DNA of 64,000 nucleotides from Minisyncoccota bacterium (GTDB lineage Bacteria > Patescibacteriota > Minisyncoccia > UBA6257 > 2-01-FULL-56-20), in contig DATJLR010000007.1 in NCBI GenBank assembly GCA_035509435.1, positions 65,555 through 129,554 of the forward strand. Reading direction: 5' to 3'. Under the pieces are notes generated by a model that worked only from the letters and a program-made list of their open reading frames with translations, was not told the DNA's origin and did not search any database. The position numbers and the translations under genes are program-made. Shown here in pieces: positions 28,389-36,229 of this stretch; positions within the stretch are counted from its first letter, which is position 1; the number at the start of each line of letters is the position of its first letter.

Positions 28389-29180
28389 CTACTGCGGGAG
28401 TATGTTATTGATCAGGCCGCTGATCGTGAAGAATCCCTGGTAGGTGCTCGAGAGCGCGTCGAGCGATCCCTTGATGAGCGCGAGCGGCTGGTCCGGAGAG
28501 AGATTTTCCGTGAGTGCCGTCTTTGCCTGGGTGTTGTCATTTTCGGCCGTGGCGAACGACGATTGCGCGCTCGTGAGGGCGGTCTGCAGGCCGGGATTCG
28601 GCGATGCGGCTTCAATGAACGATACCGCGCGCTCCGTCTGCGCCATCCGCGTCTCCGCCGTGCTGAAAAGATTCTGGTTTCCCGCCCACAGCATAAAACT
28701 GTCGACGTTCTCGCCGAGCGGAACGAATGTGTTCTGCCGCCACGCGAGCACTTCCTGGGCGACATCCTCCGTTCCCGCTATGCCGACGACGTCGAGCTTT
28801 GCGAGCTCCGCATTATAAAATTCGGCCGCCTCGTTCAGCCGTCCCTGGAGCTGCGCTTGCAAAAGCTGGGTGTCGCTGCCTGCCACGGTCGTGCTCGCAA
28901 GCTGTGCCTGCAACATCTGCACTTCCTGCTGGGCGCATCCGATCGTTTCGCCCACAAGCGTCTTCCGTACCGCAAGCTCGGCTTTGATCTCATCGGTGGG
29001 GCTGAGCGTCGGATCGTTCTTGATCGCCGTTATCTGCGCAATGTCGCCTGCGGTAACACCGCAATCGGTGGTGGCGGCGCGGGCCGGGCGGGGCGTCGCG
29101 ACCGTCCCGATCGCAAAAACCGCCATCGCGATGATCAGGGCGGGAAATGCTGTCCGTAAAGATATTGTTTTGTGGAACAT
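28389..29180 (-). CDS. Hypothetical secreted helical protein
   Basis: Signal peptide; overlaps the upstream stop codon. Confidence 0.7.
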   Translation of the reverse strand: MFHKTISLRTAFPALIIAMAVFAIGTVATPRPARAATTDCGVTAGDIAQITAIKNDPTLSPTDEIKAELAVRKTLVGETIGCAQQEVQMLQAQLASTTVAGSDTQLLQAQLQGRLNEAAEFYNAELAKLDVVGIAGTEDVAQEVLAWRQNTFVPLGENVDSFMLWAGNQNLFSTAETRMAQTERAVSFIEAASPNPGLQTALTSAQSSFATAENDNTQAKTALTENLSPDQPLALIKGSLDALSSTYQGFFTISGLINNILPQ

Positions 29181-29692
29181 CAGTGTGAAAGTTGCTGGAG
29201 CGCCTGATCAACGGAAAGCGCCGTCGTGGAAGCGGTCGATGTCGATTCGCCGGTCGTCACCGCGGAACCGGTCGAAGTGGCTGTTCCGGCGGCGGCTTTG
29301 CCGAACGCCTTCGCGAGCGCCGTCGGGGCGGTTCCCGTGGCGGTGGACCCCGTCACCGCGGTGGAGGTCACCTGCGAGTACGCAACGTTCGCAAGCTGGA
29401 TCTGCATGTCGATCGCCTGCGCCTCCGCGTGCAATCCCTGCGGATCGATCACCGAATATTGTATGGGCGCGAGGGAACTCGTCGGCGAAAAGCTGTTCGT
29501 AAGGATCAATATGAAAAAACCGGCGAGCGCCACGGCGACGCCCGTCTCAAGCGTATGTAAAAAGATCATGATCCCGCGCATCGTCCGGCGCTCCGGCTGC
29601 GGAGAAAGCAAAATCTCGCGCTTGGAGCGTTCAGTGAACCGGGGATCCGGCTCTATGTTCTTGAACTGTTTGAGGATGTCAGAAAGTTTCAT
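29180..29692 (-). CDS. Putative anti-sigma factor (bitopic)
   Basis: EPDPRF N-terminus, one TM helix; directly downstream of the ECF sigma gene. Confidence 0.55.
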   Translation of the reverse strand: MKLSDILKQFKNIEPDPRFTERSKREILLSPQPERRTMRGIMIFLHTLETGVAVALAGFFILILTNSFSPTSSLAPIQYSVIDPQGLHAEAQAIDMQIQLANVAYSQVTSTAVTGSTATGTAPTALAKAFGKAAAGTATSTGSAVTTGESTSTASTTALSVDQALQQLSH

Positions 29693-29698
29693 GTTCTT

Positions 29699-30250
29699 TT
29701 ACTCTTCAACGTCTTCGTCGCCCAATTTTCTTTTTAGCTCCTTTACGGCGCGATGCTGGACGAGCTTCACGGCGCCTTCGGATTTTTTGAGGATCGCCGA
29801 CACCTCCTTCAACGGAAGATCTTCGATGAACCGCAAAATGATCACGTCCTGATAATCCGGCTTGAGCTCTTTGATGGCGCGATGCACCTTCTCGAGCTGC
29901 AGCTTTATGGAAAGGTCGGATTGCGCGACGGCGGGCATGACGGACGAGTCGGGATCCATTTTATCCAGGCTCACGTCGTTCTTGCGCGAGCGGTAATGGT
30001 CGATCACCATGTTCCGTGCGATCTGATACAACCAGCTCGAGAACGGATGTCCGCGGTGCCGGTACGTGCGTACCTTTGTCCACGCGGACAGAAACACATG
30101 ATGGGTGATATCCTCGGCTTCCTCACGGCTGCCGACCTTGACCACCACGAACCGGTAAATTGCCGGCTGGTAATGATCGTAGAGAGCGCCAAAAGCCGAG
30201 GAATCGCCCCCGACGGCCTTTTCTACCAGTTTTTCTTCACCGTCCAACAT
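29699..30250 (-). CDS. ECF (group 4) sigma factor
   Basis: AEDIT..VF, FSSWLYQIARN, region 4 HTH. Confidence 0.92.
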   Translation of the reverse strand: MLDGEEKLVEKAVGGDSSAFGALYDHYQPAIYRFVVVKVGSREEAEDITHHVFLSAWTKVRTYRHRGHPFSSWLYQIARNMVIDHYRSRKNDVSLDKMDPDSSVMPAVAQSDLSIKLQLEKVHRAIKELKPDYQDVIILRFIEDLPLKEVSAILKKSEGAVKLVQHRAVKELKRKLGDEDVEE

Positions 30251-30254
30251 GTAA

Positions 30255-30279
30255 AACGTGAAATAGGGGGATAGGTTAC
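30255..30279 (-). promoter_or_regulatory. Autoregulatory ECF-type promoter
   Basis: GTAACC...CGTT (AAC-16-CGT) ending 4 nt before the sigma ATG. Confidence 0.6.
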
Positions 30280-30419
30280 GCTTTTTTCAGCAAAAATGCC
30301 CTACGCATCATAGGGCATCTTATATACGTCCATCATACCGCTTTTGGGGCGACTGGTCTAGGCATGACCCGGACAGGACGCTTGCGTTGCATCCGCGCAG
30401 CGTTTAAAATTCTCTCAAT

Positions 30420-30992
30420 ATGATCCTCTCCGACCGCGACATCAAGAAGGCACTGGCTGACGGGCGCATCAAGGTCACTCCCGAGCCGGATCTCTCGGCC
30501 CAGCTCGGCTCGTGTTCGCTCGACCTGCGGCTCGGCACCGAGGTCAAGATCTTCCGCCGCTCGAAGATCTCAACGATCGATCTCCGCGAGATGCCCGACC
30601 CCGACACGATCATGGAGAACATCGCGATCTCCGAAGAGGAGCCGCTCGTTCTCCAGCCGCACGACCTCGTGCTCGCGACCACGATGGAGTGGCTTGAGAT
30701 CGCGGACGATCTTCTGGGACGCATCGAGGGGCGCAGCTCGCTCGGCCGCCTCGGCGTCATCGTGCACGGCACGGCGTCGATATTCGATCCGGGATGGCGC
30801 GGCAAGCCGGTGATGGAGCTCGGCAACCTCGGCATCGTTCCCGTCACGCTCTACCCGGGCATGCGCGTCTGCGCGTTCACGTTCGAAGAGGTCTCAAGTA
30901 AAGTGGAAACGCCGTACTATTTAAAGAAGGGCAACAAGTATGCCGGCCAGGAAAAGCCGCTTGCGTCAAAGTTCAGCGACGACACAAAATAA
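30420..30992 (+). CDS. dcd: dCTP deaminase
   Basis: MILSDRDI, SLDLRL, EGRSSLGRLG, DPGWRG. Confidence 0.93.
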   Translation: MILSDRDIKKALADGRIKVTPEPDLSAQLGSCSLDLRLGTEVKIFRRSKISTIDLREMPDPDTIMENIAISEEEPLVLQPHDLVLATTMEWLEIADDLLGRIEGRSSLGRLGVIVHGTASIFDPGWRGKPVMELGNLGIVPVTLYPGMRVCAFTFEEVSSKVETPYYLKKGNKYAGQEKPLASKFSDDTK

Positions 30993-31007
30993 ACGGCCGA
31001 CGCTACC

Positions 31008-31682
31008 ATGAAGGAAGATTCCTACGAAATTGAGATCAAGTGCCTTTTGGGCGACCGGGCGCAGGCAGAGCGTCTTCGGCAAAAAATGAAAGAGCTCGAT
31101 CCCGCGCTCGCGAGCATCGGTTCGCACCGCCAGCTCAATCATTATTTTGAGGGCAAGGGCGACCTCCGCGCCGTCGCGCGCGCGATCACGGACGAGGACG
31201 ACCGCGCATCATTTCTTGAGCTCGCGGGAAGGGCAAAGGACTTCTCGCTCCGCACGCGCGACGCCGACGGGAAGGTCCTGCTCGTAATGAAGGCGTCCAT
31301 AGACGACACGACGAGCGCGAACGGCACCGCCCGGCAGGAATTTGAAAGCGAGGTCGCCATGCCGATCGATGATCTCGACAAGATCATCCTCGACGCCGGA
31401 TTCACCTATCAGGCAAAATGGTCGCGCGAACGCCAGGAATATAAATTCTCCGGCGCGAACGTCACGATCGACAAGAACGCCGGCTACGGCTACCTTGCCG
31501 AGTTTGAAATGATAGAGAGCGACCCGTCCAAAGCGGACGCCGTAAAGGCGCGCCTGCGCAAATTAATAGAGGACGTCGGCCTCCACGAGCTCGACCAGGC
31601 GCGGCTCGCGCGGATGTTCGACCATTACAACGCCCACTGGCCCGAATACTACGGCACGGAAAAGATCTTCGTAGTGGAGTAA
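31008..31682 (+). CDS. CYTH (triphosphate tunnel) domain protein
   Basis: EIEIK N-terminal ExExK motif, R..RQEFE, LAEFE. Confidence 0.8.
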   Translation: MKEDSYEIEIKCLLGDRAQAERLRQKMKELDPALASIGSHRQLNHYFEGKGDLRAVARAITDEDDRASFLELAGRAKDFSLRTRDADGKVLLVMKASIDDTTSANGTARQEFESEVAMPIDDLDKIILDAGFTYQAKWSRERQEYKFSGANVTIDKNAGYGYLAEFEMIESDPSKADAVKARLRKLIEDVGLHELDQARLARMFDHYNAHWPEYYGTEKIFVVE

Positions 31683-31708
31683 AATAAATAAAAACAGCCT
31701 ATACGCCC

Positions 31709-32710
31709 ATGCCAGACGCGCGCCATCCCGAATATCAATACTTAGATCTTCTCCAGGACATCCTGGACCACGGCGAGCGGCAGGAAGACAAAGGCACGGG
31801 CGCCGTCACGCATAGCGTCTTCGGCCGCCAGCTGCGCTTCGATCTCTCGCAAGGCTTTCCCCTGCTCACCACGAAAAAAGTTTATTGGAAGGGCGTGCTG
31901 TACGAGCTCGCATGGTTTTTGTCCGGGCAATCGAACATAAAATATCTTGTCGATAACAGCGTCCACATCTGGGACGATTATCCGTACAAGATCTATCGCG
32001 AGAAGGCGGACAAGGGACAGTTGCCGCCACTCACAAAAGAAGAATTCGTGGCAAAGATCGCGGCCGACGCGGCGTTCGCAAAAGAGCATGGCGAGCTTCG
32101 CTATATTTACGGCGAGATGTGGCGGCGCTGGCCGGGCAAGAACGGCCGCACTGTGGACCAGGTGCAATGGGTGGTGGATGAGCTCAGGAAAGACCCCGAC
32201 GCGCACAACACGCTCGTCAATTCGTGGGATCCGGAATATCTTTATGGGATGGCGCTCCCGGAAGAGGCGTGCCGTTTCCCCATCTGCCACAACATGTACC
32301 AGTGCAACGTAAAGAACGGCAGGCTCTCGCTCCATCTCTACCAACGCTCGGCGGACATGTTCCTCGGCGTGCCGTTCAACATCGCGAGCTACGCGCTGCT
32401 CACCGTCATCCTCGCGCAGGCCACGGGCAACCAGCCGGGCGATTTCATCCACACGTTCGGCGACGCGCACATCTATCAGGAGCATATCAACCAGGTAAAG
32501 GAGCAGCTCTCACGCGAGCCGCGCGCGCTGCCCACGCTCACGATCGATCCCGCGATAAAAAATATCGACGACTTCAAGCCGGAGAACGTGAAGCTTGACG
32601 GCTATGATCCGCATCCGGCCATCAAAGCGGAACTCGCGCCCGCCGGCGGCCTCATCACCGATTCGTGGAAGAACTTTCTTAAAGAGAAGGACGGCTCGCA
32701 GAGTAAATAA
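31709..32710 (+). CDS. thyA: Thymidylate synthase
   Basis: GFPLLTTKK, PICH, YQRSADMFLGVPFNIASY, DAHIY. Confidence 0.96.
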   Translation: MPDARHPEYQYLDLLQDILDHGERQEDKGTGAVTHSVFGRQLRFDLSQGFPLLTTKKVYWKGVLYELAWFLSGQSNIKYLVDNSVHIWDDYPYKIYREKADKGQLPPLTKEEFVAKIAADAAFAKEHGELRYIYGEMWRRWPGKNGRTVDQVQWVVDELRKDPDAHNTLVNSWDPEYLYGMALPEEACRFPICHNMYQCNVKNGRLSLHLYQRSADMFLGVPFNIASYALLTVILAQATGNQPGDFIHTFGDAHIYQEHINQVKEQLSREPRALPTLTIDPAIKNIDDFKPENVKLDGYDPHPAIKAELAPAGGLITDSWKNFLKEKDGSQSK

Positions 32711-33182
32711 GAAAATCGTAATCAAAGGGATTTGCCGCGTCTTTGGCGTGGGGCTCGGAAGCGACCAGCTTCCATTCTGCCGGATCAAGCTCCGGAAAGA
32801 AGGCATCGCCTTCGAACGTGCCGTGCACGAGCGTCAGATAGATCACCTGCGCCATGCCAAGCGCGGCTTTGTATATCTGCTCGCCGCCGATCACGAACGC
32901 CTCGCTGGCGTTCTCTTTTTTTGCAAGCGCGATCGCACCCTCGAGCGATCCCGCGACAAGACACCCTTCGGCGCGGTAGTCCGCATCACGGGTCACCACG
33001 ATGTTCGTGCGACCCGGCAGCGGCCGGCCGATGGACTCGAACGTCTTTCTCCCCATGATGATCGGGTGTCCCATCGTCGTCGCTTTAAAACGCGCAAAAT
33101 CCGCTGAAAGATGCCACGGGATCTTCCCGCCCGTGCCGATCACCCGGTTCTCCCCCATCGCCGTGATCAATGAAAGCTTCAT
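32679..33182 (-). CDS. folA: Dihydrofolate reductase
   Basis: IPWHLSAD, MGRKTFES, RPLPGR, IGG. Confidence 0.95.
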   Translation of the reverse strand: MKLSLITAMGENRVIGTGGKIPWHLSADFARFKATTMGHPIIMGRKTFESIGRPLPGRTNIVVTRDADYRAEGCLVAGSLEGAIALAKKENASEAFVIGGEQIYKAALGMAQVIYLTLVHGTFEGDAFFPELDPAEWKLVASEPHAKDAANPFDYDFLIYSASRPSL

Positions 33183-33185
33183 GGC

Positions 33186-33259
33186 TGGAGCGGGTAAGGG
33201 GAGTCGGACCCCTGTCGTCTGATTGGCAACCAGATGTAATACCGTTATACGATACCCGC
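33186..33259 (-). tRNA. tRNA-Gly(GCC), CCA encoded
   Basis: GCGGGTA acceptor, anticodon loop TTGCCAA, T arm AGGGG-TCCGACT-CCCCT, TCCA end. Confidence 0.92.
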
Positions 33260-33444
33260 TTTTACCGATTCATTATATAGTGCTCCGCGGAAAAATCAAT
33301 CCACGATTCATGTGCTCCCGCGTGGTCTCGGAATTTGAGCGCAGTAATTTTCAACAGTCCCCACAAGCATTTTGAGGATTTTAGAAAATCCATCTTCTCC
33401 TTTCTTATAAAGCACCTCGGTCACTCACTTCCATCGATCACTGA

Positions 33445-33840
33445 TTAGAATCCCGATCCTGTAAACACGCCGAACATAAATCCCTCGAAAAGGAAAAAGA
33501 GGGCCACTGCCAGTCCAATTCCGTTTAAAATATTCATACCAAAAGCAATCGTTGCCATCGCGCCTTTCTTTTTTGGGATTATAGATGAAGCCCTGCTCCT
33601 CAAAAAAGCTTGGAATATAAAAAGTATGAGCGCGGCGCAAAAGAATAGAAACGACACCGTGAACGCCTCCTGAAGTGAGGTTACTTGGATAACCCCAAGA
33701 TTCCCTCCGTTTGTTTCGAAAGATTGTAGGTTAAGCGCTATCAGCCAGCAGACAAAAGAAGCGCATCCCAGGGCAAAGGATATAAGATTCAAATTACGAG
33801 CCTTGACGTCGCTACTATCTACGACCGTGTCCTCGTTCAT
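33445..33840 (-). CDS. Hypothetical 3-TM membrane protein
   Basis: Hydrophobic, AT-rich, lies between two tRNAs. Confidence 0.65.
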   Translation of the reverse strand: MNEDTVVDSSDVKARNLNLISFALGCASFVCWLIALNLQSFETNGGNLGVIQVTSLQEAFTVSFLFFCAALILFIFQAFLRSRASSIIPKKKGAMATIAFGMNILNGIGLAVALFFLFEGFMFGVFTGSGF

Positions 33841-33906
33841 ATTTCAAATTTTAGCATATTATTCAAAACCGTGACCAAGACCTCTCGGTCTGGTCTCACT
33901 GCCATG

Positions 33907-33978
33907 TGCCCCCGTGAGGAATCGAACCTCAATTACAAGATCCGCAATCTTGCGTCCTATCCGTTGAACGACGAGGGC
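33907..33978 (-). tRNA. tRNA-Arg(GCG)
   Basis: GCCCTCG acceptor, CAAGA-TTGCGGA-TCTTG anticodon arm, GGTTCGATTCC T arm; CCA not encoded. Confidence 0.9.
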
Positions 33979-33983
33979 GTCCC

Positions 33984-34063
33984 GCGGGGAGAGGGGCAAT
34001 AGTATGTTTCGCTCCGGCGTCGGAACGCCCACTCGCTCAACATACTATTGCCCCTCTCCCCGC
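33984..34063. repeat. 25-bp perfect inverted repeat with an internal sub-hairpin
   Basis: GCGGGGAGAGGGGCAATAGTATGTT at 33984-34008, exact reverse complement at 34039-34063. Confidence 0.9.
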
Positions 34064-34116
34064 TTGCCGCTATATGATAAAAACAAACGAAGCCATCCGA
34101 CCCTCGCTATAGCGTA

Positions 34117-34584
34117 CTAGAAACGGAGGAATTTTTCAATGGAATCGATGAGCGACGGCTCGTGCTCGATCTCCTTCAGCAGACCCTTAAGGTTCGCGCG
34201 GATCTCCGCCACCTTTTCGTCGGGCACAATGATCATGAGCGGCGGATGGATGCGCGAGCGGAAATTGAACATCACATCGGTCCATTCCGTGCCGACGGCA
34301 TCCGCGCTCCAGCTCTCGAACTCCTTTAAAAGATACGTCTTATATCCCCCGATGCCGATCGAGTCGTCCCTCAATGTGAATTCTGTCATCCGCGGGACCT
34401 TGTTGCCCCATACGATGAACAGCACTTCTGCGACCACAATGAAGAAGCCGAAAAGGAAATTCCTCTGCCACACCGAAAATGCGATGATGAGCGCGGCGGC
34501 GATGATGGAGATCCAGTACCACGACACATCCTTCTCGCGGTATTCGAACTCCGGCGCCTCCCATGTGACCTCGAATTTTGCCAT
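34117..34584 (-). CDS. Conserved-looking hypothetical membrane protein (2 TM plus PH-like domain)
   Basis: WEAPEFEYREK..WYW N-terminus, two TM helices. Confidence 0.7.
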   Translation of the reverse strand: MAKFEVTWEAPEFEYREKDVSWYWISIIAAALIIAFSVWQRNFLFGFFIVVAEVLFIVWGNKVPRMTEFTLRDDSIGIGGYKTYLLKEFESWSADAVGTEWTDVMFNFRSRIHPPLMIIVPDEKVAEIRANLKGLLKEIEHEPSLIDSIEKFLRF

Positions 34585-34613
34585 GCCTCTATTTTACCAC
34601 AATTCCGCTGCCA

Positions 34614-35039
34614 TCATCCGGGCGCCGGAAGCCGCACTCTTAAATAGGAACGGTGGGGGCGGGTGAAGATCCGCACGATGGCGATGTTCATTGCGGCGGC
34701 GGCGCGTGTGCCCTGCAAAACACCGGCGAGCATCACGATGCCCTGCTCAGTTAGGGCATATGGCCGGGAACGCCGTATCTGATTATATTCTGAAATCACA
34801 AATTGTGATTTCAGAGCGCTGAATTCAACTGCGCTAAGCTGAAACACGAATGACTGATCCGGAAAGCAGGCCTTGTTCCGCTTGATCGCCTGAACCAAGA
34901 TACGAGGCTCGATCCCATACAAACCGGCGAGGTGCGTGCTCAAAATAATCCTTTTCTCACGGATAAATACCATGCGTTCCTGCATCTGTCCAAGCAATGC
35001 GCTTTCCTTTTTGCTCAGCGGGGGCATGTTCACAATCAT
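34614..35039 (-). CDS. ORF6N (KilA-N-like) DNA-binding domain protein, possibly degenerate
   Basis: LAGLYG, QAIKRN, FQLS..E...LKSQFVIS, PYALTEQGIVML. Confidence 0.75.
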   Translation of the reverse strand: MIVNMPPLSKKESALLGQMQERMVFIREKRIILSTHLAGLYGIEPRILVQAIKRNKACFPDQSFVFQLSAVEFSALKSQFVISEYNQIRRSRPYALTEQGIVMLAGVLQGTRAAAAMNIAIVRIFTRPHRSYLRVRLPAPG

Positions 35040-35175
35040 AGCGGTCGCCCATTAAGATCTTCTTAAATTGCCGCTCGCGGGTGCCCCTAATGAAAACCAC
35101 CGCCTCACGCGGTGGTTTTCATTTGGCCGCCAGTGGCGACCGATACTACTGAAGAAGGATCCTTTCTCAGTAATG

Positions 35176-35451
35176 CTAGAGCACTGCTTCTTTGAGAAGC
35201 TTGCCGGCACGGAACTTCGGCTTGATCGATGCCTTGATCTGGATCTTCTCGCCGGTCTTGGGGTTGCGGCCCTCGCGCGCAGCACGCTTGGCGACGCGGA
35301 ACGTGCCGAATCCCGTGATGGCGACCTCTTCCCCGCGGCCCATGGTCTTCACGATCGTGTCAAAGACGGCATCCACTGCCCTCTCCGCGGCCGCCTTCGT
35401 TTCCATTCCGGTGGCCTTCATGACCGCTTCCACCAATCCTTTCTTGTTCAT
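35176..35451 (-). CDS. hup: DNA-binding protein HU
   Basis: MNKKGLV, GFGTF, REGRNPKTGE, PKFRAGK. Confidence 0.96.
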   Translation of the reverse strand: MNKKGLVEAVMKATGMETKAAAERAVDAVFDTIVKTMGRGEEVAITGFGTFRVAKRAAREGRNPKTGEKIQIKASIKPKFRAGKLLKEAVL

Positions 35452-35570
35452 AATGATAATATTGGTTTCTTTGCCGACCTTTCATGCGTTAAGCTCTCTT
35501 TTATTATAGCAAAATCAAGGGTTTTCTGCACAAGGGGGTGGCCAGTCATTAAAAAACCATTAAAAAAGAT

Positions 35571-35678
35571 TTGACGGAAAGGGCGGGAAGGATACAATCA
35601 TTAGGACGTTACAAAGGAGCAATCCGTCATAAGCGAAGGACTCATTGGCGGCCCATAGCGATATGGGCCTTTGTTGTA
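35571..35678 (+). ncRNA. Candidate ~70-nt small RNA with its promoter
   Basis: TTGACG-16-TACAAT promoter (35571-35598), GCAA-loop hairpin, GGCCCAT/ATGGGCC terminator plus T; no ORF. Confidence 0.4.
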
Positions 35679-35679
35679 T

Positions 35680-36084
35680 TTATTCCTTTGTCGGAATATA
35701 TTGTGTCAAAAGCCACTTTTTATCCTTCCCGTCCCAATCCAATCGTATGATGGTGATATTTCCGTCCCCTTCGTTCAAAAGGCGCACCCTATTGCGAGAC
35801 CGGCTGACCACTTTTGAACACATAAACGTCTTTTCAAGGTGCCGTAACGATTCCGGATGTTTTTGCTCCAATTTTGCCAGCCCATATCCTTCATCGCTCT
35901 GTAAGTCGTATTTTCCATATACGAGATCGATGTTGTCTCCAATCTCCGGATGGCTCAACGCGCTTTGTATCTCTCCTGATTTTTTCTTTAACAGAAAATC
36001 GACCGCCTCCTGTCCTTTTATTCCCGTATAAATATCCCCAAACTCCCCGCGGCCGATCTTTCTTCCGACATGATGGTTTTCCAT
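35680..36084 (-). CDS. Putative barnase/EndoU/colicin E5-like (BECR) ribonuclease domain protein
   Basis: IDLVYG...GYGLAKL..KHPE...WLLT pattern, recalled from polyvalent-protein BECR domains. Confidence 0.55.
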   Translation of the reverse strand: MENHHVGRKIGRGEFGDIYTGIKGQEAVDFLLKKKSGEIQSALSHPEIGDNIDLVYGKYDLQSDEGYGLAKLEQKHPESLRHLEKTFMCSKVVSRSRNRVRLLNEGDGNITIIRLDWDGKDKKWLLTQYIPTKE

Positions 36085-36229
36085 TCCGCCATGATACCCG
36101 CGCGAGGATTAAATGGAGATAAATTAAAGATTAAAAATAAACAAAGTCTCCCAAAACAAAACAGCCCCGAAGGGCTGTTTTGTTTCTTGACCCAAAAGTC
36201 ACAAGCTATCGGGTCATGGAGCTGGATGA

